The notes under the pieces were generated by a model. It had not been told where the DNA came from, ran no database searches, and worked only from the letters and a program-made list of their open reading frames with translations. A stretch of 47,240 bases of DNA from Octopus bimaculoides (lineage: Eukaryota). Made by a program: the position numbers and the translations under genes. The stretch is from the NCBI RefSeq assembly GCF_001194135.2, contig NC_069006.1:23910281-23957520 (forward strand), read 5' to 3'. How positions within the stretch are numbered: position 1 is the stretch's first letter; each line of letters opens with the position of its first letter. Below, one piece after another: positions 1 to 11,310 of this stretch.

Positions 1-602
1 AAGCTGAAGCATGAATGAAACACAATTCAGACTAATTTCTCCATTGTACACACACACACACACATGATATGTTGACCTTTAACACTCACCTCTACCCCCC
101 GCCCTGGGGCACCCACTGAAATTCATTGTGATTGCTAACACTGCTCACTTGGTCTAATGTCTTTACATGTTTTTGTTTGTTTTCTTTCTGTTAAATGGCA
201 AATCTGAAAGTTTAGACACACAGACATACATACACACAGAGACAGACAGAAACATACACATACATATACACACACAAAGACAGAGACATACAGAGGCAGA
301 CAGACATGTACAGAGACAGACAGACAGACAGACAGACATAGTATGCAGGGTACTTGTGTGTCTAAGGAAGAAGGGTTGAATATAAAAGCTTGCACGAAAG
401 GAAGGGTTGACCACAGGAAGGCCATAGAAAACCTTCCTCAAACTCCGTCTGACCCATGCAAACATGGAAAAGTGGACGTTAAAAACGACAAGGATGCTTT
501 ATTTGCACCTTCACAACCAGAATGTAATTATTAGCATCTACCACGATATAACAAACCAACAGCTGTTGCCTCGTAGTCACACCTGACTCCAGGCACTTGC
601 CA

Positions 603-644
<42 letters not shown>

Positions 645-1078
645 NNNNNNNNNNNNNNNNNNNNNNNNNNNNNNNNNNNNNNNNNNNNNNNNNNNNNNNN
701 NNNNNNNNNNNNNNNNNNNNNNNNNNNNNNNNNNNNNNNNNNNNNNNNNNNNNNNNNNNNNNNNNNNNNNNNNNNNNNNNNNNNNNNNNNNNNNNNNNNN
801 NNNNNNNNNNNNNNNNNNNNNNNNNNNNNNNNNNNNNNNNNNNNNNNNNNNNNNNNNNNNNNNNNNNNNNNNNNNNNNNNNNNNNNNNNNNNNNNNNNNN
901 NNNNNNNNNNNNNNNNNNNNNNNNNNNNNNNNNNNNNNNNNNNNNNNNNNNNNNNNNNNNNNNNNNNNNNNNNNNNNNNNNNNNNNNNNNNNNNNNNNNN
1001 NNNNNNNNNNNNNNNNNNNNNNNNNNNNNNNNNNNNNNNNNNNNNNNNNNNNNNNNNNNNNNNNNNNNNNNNNNNNNN
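645..1078. other. Assembly gap (N run) flanked by (TA)n
   Basis: Other gaps: 8621-8688, 10539-11038, 13588-13597, 14896-14905, 21758-22288, 27883-27892, 31550-31768, 39826-40080, 43507-43975, 45957-46186. Confidence 0.98.
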
Positions 1079-1524
1079 TATATATATATATATATATATA
1101 TATATGTTATAGTGTATATAAAAGATCATGATCCAAGCTGCGTCCTCATGACAAAGTTATTTCACTAAATTATTCTTTATTTACAAAATTAATTCAAACG
1201 AAAGCAGGGTCAGGAAAGGGTTACGGCAGCCTGGACAGCAAACAGAGTAGCAAAGCGATAGTACCAGATGTAGGGAGAGTAAAGCAATTTCGTAGTGTAG
1301 GCAGGTAAAGTGTTGAATATAGCAGCACGAGTAACGAGACTGAACACAGGTAAGCTACTACAGTTCTGAGGTAGAAGGTACCGTTTAGTAGCAAGGTGAT
1401 GGAACTGTTGTAAGGTAGACAAACGACTACAGCAATGGCAGAATGTGGCATGCTTGAGTAAGCAACATAAGAAGCAGCTGGAATGTTTACTGTTTCATTC
1501 ATCAGAGTTCTTCAATGGTGACAT

Positions 1525-1555
<31 letters not shown>

Positions 1556-3290
1556 CCTTTCACCATCTACACAGCCACCACTACCATGTTTGCTACTTGC
1601 ACCATAATAATGCAGATTTACAGTGGTCTCCACCACCACCACCATTAATAACTGAATGGCTGTAGGAGGAAGTCAGAACAGCAAACAGGAAATACGTTCA
1701 AGAGCCACCACCCACTCTCAATGTGGGCTTCACACACACACACAAACACGTGTGTGTGTGTGTGTGTGTGTGTGTACCACAAGTGGATAGGATTAGACCC
1801 AGCTGTGAAAACCTGAGACAAAGTGTGTTACAACCACAATGTTTGCTCAGGTAAACAAGTATGGTGCCACGACCAAAGCAAGAAACCCCAACAAGCAGGG
1901 CCAATAGTTTATAAATGCTAAAAGGTTAAAAGCCTGTCTAGGCATGACCACCCATTCTTTTTCTCAGGGTATAGTGTACCATGAGCTACATTATCCAATG
2001 TGTCCCCACTTTTTATTCTTTTATTTTTTTATAATGGTAGAGAGTGTTTTGAGGAAGAATTGGCTGTTATTTCTAGCATATCAAGCAACAATGCAGAAGC
2101 TCTCAAAGTTGTGGGGTAATGACAGCTAATGATCGTTTCTTTAACTTTTGGTAACACTGAATTCAACCTCATGCAAAGATGGAACCATATGAACCAACAA
2201 CTCTACCACCACATTAGGAAGTCAACAGGATCACGAGTTCAAATCTCACCACGATATCTTCAATGGTATACCAGTTCTTTTTTGGACATTCAGGACAAAC
2301 TAATAAAAATTCTTTGGACAAAGGGTTAAAACATAGCATCTACTCTAAAATAATAATGGCAGGTTGGTACCATCAGCAGGATTGAATTTATACATCTTGG
2401 TCATAGAGTGGGAAGATAAACAGATGAAAGAACAAATCAACAACATCTTACCCAAAGGACAGTTCTTGGTGGAGAAGAAACAAGTGAAGAGAAGGACGAG
2501 GAAATAGAATGGTTGACTTCAACCTCCCCACAAGCGTATATGTTGCTCATCTTGGTTTTTGTTGGCTTTGGAATCAGTTACTCCTAATCCTTTATTGATT
2601 GTTTTAAAAATCAAACTTAGTCGACTTTATCATAAATTAGATTGTAAATATATAAATATATAAATTAAATGTAATTGATTATGGCTGTTTTCAAGAGCAT
2701 GGACTCAGTGTTGTAATCCTGGACAAAGACACAGTTCTGTTTTGAAATTTGTAGAATAACACTATGTTTGTGTTCGCTTGACAGGAGTTCAGATTCTACT
2801 GCTGCTGCTGATGGAAGATTCTGACCAAAAATTAATGCCAAAGTACAATAAACAAGTACATAAATTAAAATGTTATCTATGACAGGTTACTAAATTGAAC
2901 CTACCAAGAGAAAAATGCTTGTCTTTCCATTCTTACATTTATTGTGGTAAATATTTAGCCTTTGGTCAACTAAAGCTTTGCCAATGGATTTGGTAGATGG
3001 AAACTGATAGAAGCCTGTTGCATGTGTGTGTGGGTGTGTGCATCTTCAGTTGCTTGTACAAAAGTATGACGAGTGGGGTTTCCATTCTTCTCTTACAAGT
3101 TGTCCAGACCTTTCATAGTTTCAACAATAAGTGGTCCCTCACTTGCAAAAGAGTTTAAGGGGTTAGCATCAAGAAGGACATGAAGCTGTTAAACAACGCC
3201 TGAAATAACGTTCATCCAACCCATGCAAGTAAGGGGGAAAAAGAACAAACCCCCAAAAATAATCAAACGATACTGGTTTCTTAATTAAAA

Positions 3291-3610
3291 GGCACAGGCA
3301 TGGCTGGGTGGTAAGAAGCTTGCTTCTCAACCACATGGTTCTGAGTTCAGTCCCATTGCATGACACCTTGGGCAAGTATCTTCTACTATATCTTTGAGCC
3401 GACCAAAGTACTTGTGAGTGGATTTGGTAGATGGAAACTGAAAGAAACCTGTCATGTGTGGGTCCCATCACCATCACTTGACAACCAATGTTGGTGCGTT
3501 TATGTCCTCGTAACTTAGCGGTTTGGCTTAAGAGACCAGTAGAATAAATACCAGGCTTACAAAGAATAGTTCCTGGGGCCGATTTGTTTGACTAAAACCC
3601 TTTGAGGTTG
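3291..3610 (+). mobile_element. SINE family A (tRNA-like head, CORE-like body), near full length
   Basis: A-box-like TGGCTGGGTGG, B-box-like GAGTTCAGTCCC, then ACCTTGGGCAAGT (shared with CORE-SINEs), TTGTGAGTGGATTTGGTAGA-GGAAACTGAAAGAA and the family tail. More than 12 copies in this window. Confidence 0.88.
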
Positions 3611-4116
3611 TGCATATTTTTGTTGCAGTTTTTTTTTTTTTTTTTGGTCACTATTTTTTTTTCTCTACAATTTTGGTTCAACGTTTTAGAAATTTAAATA
3701 AATATTACTTTTCGAACATATAATGATGGCGTGTCATGTAGGAAAAAAAAAAAAAAAATTAACGAATGGCTGACAGCGCAATACATGTAGACAATGGGAA
3801 GATGTAGACAGTGTGATCTAAGGAAGACTTGGTTGCTATTTCTAGTAAGTCGAGCAGCCGTGATGAGGTGCTTTTTCGTAATGACTGTGTGTGTGCTGAC
3901 ATAGTTTTCTAGCTCAGGGGGTCACAATACAGCTGAACCAGTGTCTTAATGGCCATCACCCTCTGGATTGTCACAGTCGCTTAGCTGAGAACAGAGTACT
4001 ACAGTAAACCAGGACACACACTAATTATGTTCACAGTTTGCTGACAGAAACTTCCTAACGAGACTCAAAGAATCTAATTTCGTTTTCTTAATTCCATTTT
4101 CTGTTGTTAATTGTTG

Positions 4117-4130
4117 TCACTAGGGGGCGC
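4117..4130 (+). promoter_or_regulatory. Candidate CTCF binding site
   Basis: TCACTAGGGGGCGC matches the bilaterian CTCF core CCASYAGRKGGCRS except at position 1. It sits in non-repeat sequence. Confidence 0.55.
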
Positions 4131-4686
4131 AGCCAACGAAATGGTAAACGCATGATGAAATATTACAGAAGGGAAAACGGAGTGGCTTATTAAAAACTAA
4201 ACCGATAGTAGTAGTAGTGGTGGTGGTAGTCATAGATGTTAGTAGTAGTAGTAGTAGTAGTGTTAGTAGTAGTGGTAGTGGCAGCAGCACTGACGGGAAG
4301 TAAATAGTTGAGTAACTAATTCCAAGCTACACAAACACTCGCAGACACACACAGATTCACAGATATAATTACATACTTAAAAATATATATATTTGCATAC
4401 ACTAACATACATAACAAATGGGATTTCCTTAATGTTAAGAAGAGGAAAACAAAAGTTAACAAAAAGACCCCCCCCCTCCATTAAACCTTTCAGTGAATTG
4501 TCCAGAAAAAAAAAAAAAAAAGATGAGCTGAAAGTATTTTCCATAAAGAAGTTTCTCCTTGTTATTTGGGATGGAGAGGGCAGGGATCTAATGAAGTCCA
4601 CTCTGGTAGTATCTTGTAAGGTTTCCTTCATGTATAAGAAGAGCCAGCCATCAGCTGCAAATGAGTAAACTGCTGGCTAACATGGA

Positions 4687-4806
4687 GGATGCTTTCACTA
4701 ATTGTGTTTAGGTGCCTGCATAAGTTGCAAAATGAAGTAGTCATGAGGAGACAGACATTGTTTCAACTTTTCCACTCTTTGACCTAGTGACACATCCAGG
4801 ATGTTG

Positions 4807-4871
<65 letters not shown>

Positions 4872-5218
4872 CAAGAACGAGAGAGAGGGAGAGAGCGAGC
4901 GAGAGTGTGTGTGTGTGAGAGAGAGAAAGAGAGAGAGATAAAGAGAGAGAGAAGTCCTAGTAGCCTGAGGGATAATTCTGGTGGCTCCACTGCTGTGGTG
5001 CTACTCACAAGGCCATCTTGGCAGAGAAATAACAAGAGAAAGAATTTTGCAAAGTAAGCAGAGATTGTCTCTGGAAACAACCCAGAAGATCTAATCGGAT
5101 GCTTTCACTAATTGTGTTTAGGAGCCTGCATAGTTGCAAATCTAAGCAGTCATGAGCAGACAGACATTGTTTCAACTTTCCCACTCTTTGACCTAGTCAC
5201 ACATCCAAAATGTTGGGG
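4687..5218. repeat. Local direct duplication of a ~120-bp segment (4687-4808 and 5097-5218)
   Basis: GGATGCTTTCACTAATTGTGTTTAGG...CAGACATTGTTTCAACTTT-CCACTCTTTGACCTAGT-ACACATCC occurs twice, 410 bp apart; each copy is followed by (GA)n. Confidence 0.92.
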
Positions 5219-5429
5219 GAAGAGAGAGAGAGAGAGCAATGAAGCGATATACGAGGGTGTATATATATTTTATGCTTCCTTGATAATAATCATGCGAGTC
5301 AAAGCAGGTGGTTAAAGGCCACCCCCCCAAAAACCACAAACGACTGAATAGAGAAGACATTAAAGGTTACTCGCTCCATAGTTCCAAACAGATCGCAAAA
5401 TACATTTCTTGACTGGACACTTTGCTTAC

Positions 5430-5474
5430 CTCACTGGTTAACAGAGAGCATGCTATCAAAGAACCAGGGCCTGG
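5430..5474 (-). other. Candidate 45-nt internal exon
   Basis: Minus strand: TTTTTGTATGGCTTTCTCTAACTTCTGCATTTGCAG | 45 nt | GAG-GTAAGC, i.e. branch point CTAAC, pyrimidine tract and a strong donor. Only one frame is open (PGPGSLIACSLLTSE); protein not recognised. Confidence 0.4.
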
Positions 5475-5776
5475 CTGCAAATGCAGAAGTTAGAGAAAGC
5501 CATACAAAAAACAAGTCTCTGGACCTTGGACATGTCAGAAATTTGCATGGAGGTTTAACTACTTACACATCACATTTGTCCCTGATTTTATGATACAGTA
5601 ACGAAAGGCTTAAAATGGGAAGTTTGTATTTCTGTTGAGATGCTCTGTGTTTCTTTCAATTAATTTTAAATATAACAAAGAATTTAGTAAAATAACTTAG
5701 TTATCATTAAGCTAGTGTTAGGAACATAAACTGTGACTAAGGTTTGGTGGAAGATTTTAATTCAGAACTTATGAAA

Positions 5777-5840
5777 TCAGGCTCCAGTCTGATTTGGCAT
5801 GGTTTCTACGGCTGGGTGTCCTTCTGAACACCAACCACTC
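5777..5840 (-). mobile_element. Fragment of the RTE 3'UTR
   Basis: CAGGCTCCAGTCTGATTTGGCATGGTTTCTACGGCTGGGTGTCCTTCTGAACACCAACCACTC closely matches the reverse complement of 46306-46370. Confidence 0.8.
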
Positions 5841-6404
5841 CAGTAGACGAAGACAGGAGTAAAAAGTGGCCCATGGGGCCAAAGATGGTCGAGGACTGCT
5901 GAGCTAGAACATAAATTGAAGAAAGAGGTAGAAGAAAAAAAGAAGGAAGAGGAGAGAAGAAGTAGAGGAAGAAAAACATGAAAGAGAAGAAGATGACTTG
6001 AAACTTAAAACTAAGACAGTCTGCAACAACAGCAACAACAACATAGAGGAACATGGAATCTTGTTGTGAGATTAAGCTGACATTCTTGCAGATATTTTCT
6101 AATGAGAGCTTTTAGTGCTAATTGCCAGGAATTGCTTAATAAACATGATAATGACAAGAGCAGTTAATCTGGAGCAGTGAATTAATGAATGAATTTTATT
6201 AATTACTTGCAGTGTTTAAAATTTAGTGGTAAACACTAAGTGCCACAGAAGCTAAGAGAAGCAACATATATTAAATATTAATTAATTTTACACACACACA
6301 CACACACAGAGACAAGGTCAGTAGACTTTTTTTTTCCTTTTTTTCTTGGAACTGTTTAGCCTTCGCAAAGGGCATCAAGCCAATTCTTGAAACTTAAGGA
6401 TAGT

Positions 6405-6600
6405 AAAAAAAATCCCCCCCACTGCTTCACAATTGGGGTTGCTGTTTACATCCCTTTAAGTAAACGGTTTAGCAAAAGGGGCCAACAGAATAAGTACCAA
6501 GAAGCTTTAAAAAAAAAAATACTGGGGTCAATTCGTTTGACTACACTTCTTCAAAGCAGTACCCCAGCATGGCCAGAGGCTGATGACTGAAACAAGCAAA
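6405..6600 (+). mobile_element. SINE family A, 3' half
   Basis: TTTAGCAAAAGGGGCCAACAGAATAAGTACCA...ACTGGGGTCAATTCG...CCCAGCATGGCC...TGACTGAAACAAG. Confidence 0.7.
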
Positions 6601-6619
6601 AGATAAAAGAAATACATAT

Positions 6620-6661
<42 letters not shown>

Positions 6662-6680
6662 GTATATGTATATATATGAG

Positions 6681-6803
6681 TGAGAGAGCGAGTGTGATTG
6701 AGAGAGCGAGTGTGATTGAGAGAGCGAGTGTGATTGAGAGAGCGAGTGTGATTGAGAGAGCGAGTGTGATTGAGAGAGCGAGTGTGATTGAGAGAGCGAG
6801 TGT
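6681..6803. repeat. Minisatellite, 18-bp unit TGAGAGAGCGAGTGTGAT, ~6.8 perfect copies
   Basis: Directly visible exact tandem copies with no spacers. Confidence 0.97.
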
Positions 6804-7086
6804 AAGGTGTTGTAATAATCTTTACATGCATTTGCCGTGTAGAATCCAATAATGGCTGCCATGTGTTGATAGGGAGGGAAAGAACCGGAAAAGCAGCAGA
6901 ACAGACACGACTCGTAAGATTCTAAATATGCTTGCACCAAATAACTCCTTTGAAATCTCTCTCTCTCTCTCTCTGAAGAGCCAACCGTTTCCACGGAATA
7001 AGCCACCAAGGTATAAACAAATCGGCTGTGAAGTGTGGGTGCGATGTGAACAGGTTACTTGTGCAAGGGTAGAAAGGGAGAACAGA

Positions 7087-7386
7087 GGGGGGAGGGAACG
7101 AAATCAACAGCCACAAAATTGGCAAAATGCCTTGCAATGGTGTGATTGGAACCGGAGGCATTCTTATCGTCTCCTTTTGCTAAATTAATTATACAGTTAA
7201 AGATTTTGGAGAATATGAGAGAGCGTGTGTATTGAATAAAGGCTGTTACTGAGAGTAGAGATGATCTGCATTGTAGGGGCCACTACCACTACCTCCCTCA
7301 CTCATAAAATAACAATCCAGTGATGGATCACACCACTACAAGGCATTATGCCAATTTTGTGGCTGTTGATTTCATTCCCTCCCCCC
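7087..7386. repeat. 300-bp element with 60-bp inverted arms (MITE-like)
   Basis: 7087-7146 versus the reverse complement of 7327-7386: 56/60 identical (GGGGGGAGGGAAyGAAATCAACAGCCACAAAATTGGCA...GGTGTGAT). Confidence 0.85.
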
Positions 7387-7399
7387 TTTTTTTTTTTTT

Positions 7400-7610
7400 T
7401 ACCTAATGACCCTCTGATTCCTATTTTATTCTACTGGACCCCACCCCCCCGTAGTCATCCAATGTTTAAATAAAATCCTCTTGCAGTTTTATAATTAAAT
7501 ATTTGGAATTACACAAAAAAAAAAAAATTGTGTTTTGTAGAAGAAAAATAAGCAATTTACGACTTATATGGACTTCTAAGGACCATACGGACCCCTGTTG
7601 GGAACCACTG
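7400..7610. mobile_element. hAT-like MITE
   Basis: Ends GGACCCCTGTTGGGAACCACTG (reverse complement CAGTGGTTCCCAAC, a hAT Charlie/Tip100-type TIR). Homologous copy at 18415-18647 (GGACCCTGTTTGAGAATCACTG); ends also at ~28290-28339 and ~42145-42200. Confidence 0.65.
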
Positions 7611-8834
7611 AGATAATGGTACCACCAAGAGATGAGGGAAGGAAGAAAGATAAGGAGAAGCTAATATTGTAGTGTAACCACATGTGTTAGTATGCATGCA
7701 TGGCTGTATATGAATGTGTGTGTGTGTGAGAGAGATTAGTGGTCTTACAAGTTGTTTTTAGAAAAGAAACAAGACAATGGGTCTCTCATTAGCAGGAAAA
7801 ATTGAAAATTGATATGGGTAGCCATAAATATGTGTGTGGGGTGGGGTGGGGGCAGGGTACTGAGTTAATACAAGTGCTAATAAAATAATGAGACTTCAAC
7901 TGAACTAAATACACACAGACACACACATGTATATAAGTATATATAACACACACATACAAAGACATATACATACATATTCACAGCTGTGGTGAGTAAACCC
8001 CCCACCACCACCACCACCGACCCAATCCAATCCCGGACACAATTATGGACACGACCACTCCAAAAGAATAAACATTTATTTTACTAACCACAACTGCAGG
8101 AGCTATTTATAAACACCAACCATAATTGAAAAAAAAGAAAAAAAGAAAAAAGTTGGCTGTTAAGAAAGACAAAGAAAAAAAAAATTAAACCAATAGAGAA
8201 AGCTTAAGTGATTTTAAACAGAATTCAGTGATAAATTCTGTCTATATAAGTTTCAATATTATTATCATTATCCTCATTAGCCCCTCCCCCCAGCACCCTC
8301 CATCCCATGAAGTCCTGCCAAGAAAAACCCACATCAGTTTGACTATGTTGATGAACTGGTTAATCTTAATACGACAAAGATGAATTGCACAAAACAAACT
8401 TGTGTTCTAATTGCAGACAAGGTTTGTTTTGGCGCTCGTTATAAATACACACACACACACATTTTGTCGTCTCCCACTCTCACAGCAAATGGTTGGATTA
8501 ATTACCGACCTCGGTTTGTTTCATTTCCAACAAACAGCAGCTTGTACTAGATAGGAAAGCAGATAGATGCCTGACAGCCGATGAGAAGTTTTCTCTAGGT
8601 TCTGCTGTACCTGGTAGCGGNNNNNNNNNNNNNNNNNNNNNNNNNNNNNNNNNNNNNNNNNNNNNNNNNNNNNNNNNNNNNNNNNNNNGGGGGGGGGGGG
8701 ACACACACCTAGTTTCAATGAAATGTAGCTTGAAACTAAGTGTGGTTTGAACAAGTCTTTTAACGCTAGAAAGCAAGGGGCTTTCCTAAGAATGTAACAC
8801 ATTCACACACACACTAGGTCTGTCTTATTAATAG

Positions 8835-8865
<31 letters not shown>

Positions 8866-11090
8866 CTGTCTTATTAATGGCACTTCAGACAACACAGTGC
8901 AGAAAAAGCAGAGTTTCCAGTAGTAAAAAACCTCCCAAAAAAACAGACAAACTGCTCAAATTCCATGTGATTATAATGTGTGTGTGCGTGAGTGTATTAT
9001 CACTGGAGGGAGTTGACTGGTTGAATTTCTGTTCAAAATCTACTTCTGGAAACCTTAACTAATTTTAGCAAAGTACAAACACACAATGTGGTGAGCATGC
9101 TCGCTTTATGTTAATTAGTTAATTGGTGGTGCTGGGTGCTGTGTGATGACGAAGTAGTTAAAACAAATGGAAATAACGATTAAACAATAAAATTGGGGAC
9201 TAACACACTTGATGTAGTAAATTGAGAATATCTAATTAATATAACACCCAGTGCAGGAATGATGGTTCTGATAACTGCAAAATTCCAATGTTTTTAGAAA
9301 ATCTTGCATAGCTCCCATTATTTCTCAAGTGTACCCCAATGGGTACACATAACCCAGTTCGAGAGCCCTGTGTGCAGAGGGTTCTTCGTTGCCTCTGAAA
9401 TTTAATGTTTTTCCAAGGCAGGAAATTTGTTTTCATACAGCAGTGAAGATGAGAATACCAGCAGCCAGTAAAATTATTGCAATGTTGATAGCTCGTATAA
9501 AAAAAAAAAAATTAAAAAAAAAAAATTTAAAAAATTTTTTTTTTTTGGTGCCAGAGAGAGAAATACAGTGTTTGATGGGCAGAAAGCAATTTTTGTTTAA
9601 ACGCAAAGATTTTAGAAAAAGACAGCACCAAAGAGGGATATCGTATGACAAGGGAGGAACTGCTTCTTGCTAGCAGAGTTGAGACATAAACAACAGCAAG
9701 TGTTTGCTTTAGAATTCTTAGAGCATCCAGCATTAAACAAGACAGACATGGCATCACCCAGTTTAACTCTTTAGCATTTAGACCATCCATATCTGGCCAA
9801 AATATTTCTACCCATTTTCGGTTTAAACCAGTCAGATCTAGCCTCTCACAAAACAATCAACCCGATGCTCCTCTATCAACTTTTGCTAATTTGCTGCCTT
9901 ACGAAAGTAATTGAGATTTATCGCCTTATAATAGTTCCTGGTTATATTGTTCACGTGCTTATGTTAGGCCTTGGCGGGAATTGAACTCAGAAAGTAAAGT
10001 GTTGAGAGAAATACCACAAAACAATCTATGCAGCACTCTTATCAACCTTGGCCAATTTGTTACCTTACAAAAGCAATTGAGATTTATCGCCTGACAATAG
10101 CTCACAATTATATGGTTACATGGTTTCATTAATAAAATAACGTTCTTTGAAGACAAATTTCACATTCACTAAATTCCCAGATAATATAATTATTACAAAA
10201 TAAAAGACACAAACCCCCCTCCTATCCACACTCAACACCCCCTTTTCTCACAGCCCAACTTAAATAAAATTACACAACCCTATCAAAGTGGTTTTCCTGG
10301 TCCTATTCAAATATCTTAATTACTTCACATTTCCCCCTCATATTGCATCTTCTTTTATAGCCAGAGAGCAACTTCCACTGGTTTTTCTGGTCCGTTTTTC
10401 TTTCCTCTCTTATTGTGAGAGAGTGAGGGTGGAGTAGAAGAGAGGAGAATGAGGGGGGGGGGTAGAGACAAATGAACTGATGGAAGCCAATTAGTGAAAT
10501 GAGGTGTTGTTGATGTTTAGCAGAGCCAAGGTAAAAAANNNNNNNNNNNNNNNNNNNNNNNNNNNNNNNNNNNNNNNNNNNNNNNNNNNNNNNNNNNNNN
10601 NNNNNNNNNNNNNNNNNNNNNNNNNNNNNNNNNNNNNNNNNNNNNNNNNNNNNNNNNNNNNNNNNNNNNNNNNNNNNNNNNNNNNNNNNNNNNNNNNNNN
10701 NNNNNNNNNNNNNNNNNNNNNNNNNNNNNNNNNNNNNNNNNNNNNNNNNNNNNNNNNNNNNNNNNNNNNNNNNNNNNNNNNNNNNNNNNNNNNNNNNNNN
10801 NNNNNNNNNNNNNNNNNNNNNNNNNNNNNNNNNNNNNNNNNNNNNNNNNNNNNNNNNNNNNNNNNNNNNNNNNNNNNNNNNNNNNNNNNNNNNNNNNNNN
10901 NNNNNNNNNNNNNNNNNNNNNNNNNNNNNNNNNNNNNNNNNNNNNNNNNNNNNNNNNNNNNNNNNNNNNNNNNNNNNNNNNNNNNNNNNNNNNNNNNNNN
11001 NNNNNNNNNNNNNNNNNNNNNNNNNNNNNNNNNNNNNNCAGAAGACGGATGAAACTTTTCAGTACCCCCTCATGTGCGTGTGTGCATGTA

Positions 11091-11310
11091 TATGAAAGGA
11101 CACTGAAAAGTTCCTGGCCTTAAGGGTATCATGACAGACCTGGTTGGAGGCCCAACTTTCTGAGTTCTTTTACAGGACTTAGATTCACACACTTATTGCA
11201 GTGGTCCTTCAGTTTTTCTGAGAGGGGAATATGTTGGATAAAATCATAATTAACTGATTCTCCTGTATTTTTTTTACCCAAAGCCAGGAACTTTTCAGCA
11301 CGCCCTCGTA
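11091..11310. mobile_element. Tc1/mariner-type MITE (220 bp)
   Basis: Left end TATGAAAGGACACTGAAAAGTTCCTGGC; right end reverse complement TACGAGGGCGTGCTGAAAAGTTCCTGGC; TA at both ends. TACGAGGG...AAAAGT is a typical mariner TIR start. Another TIR end (ACTTTTCAGTACCCCCTCATG) lies at 11054-11074 next to the gap. Confidence 0.85.

Noticed and set aside
84-116. Strong minus-strand donor GAG|GTGAGT at 90/89
   Set aside because: No adequate acceptor upstream, so no exon can be defined.
1200-1500. Hydrophobic minus-strand ORFs (1221-1502, 1210-1422)
   Set aside because: The sequence resembles a decayed GTA/GCA microsatellite, and no homology was recognised.
3291-3370. tRNA gene
   Set aside because: A/B-box-like motifs are SINE heads without a complete cloverleaf; the same applies to all family A, B and C heads.
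3858-3905. C/D-box snoRNA (GTGATGA...CTGA)
   Set aside because: Only ~45 nt, no terminal stem, and it overlaps the end of a family-D repeat.
6100-6260. TAAT/ATTA-rich patches as homeobox enhancers (also 25880-25940)
   Set aside because: They cannot be distinguished from AT-rich background without conservation data.
6681-6803. 18-bp repeat array as CRISPR-like
   Set aside because: Units are contiguous with no spacers, there are no cas genes, and the context is eukaryotic.
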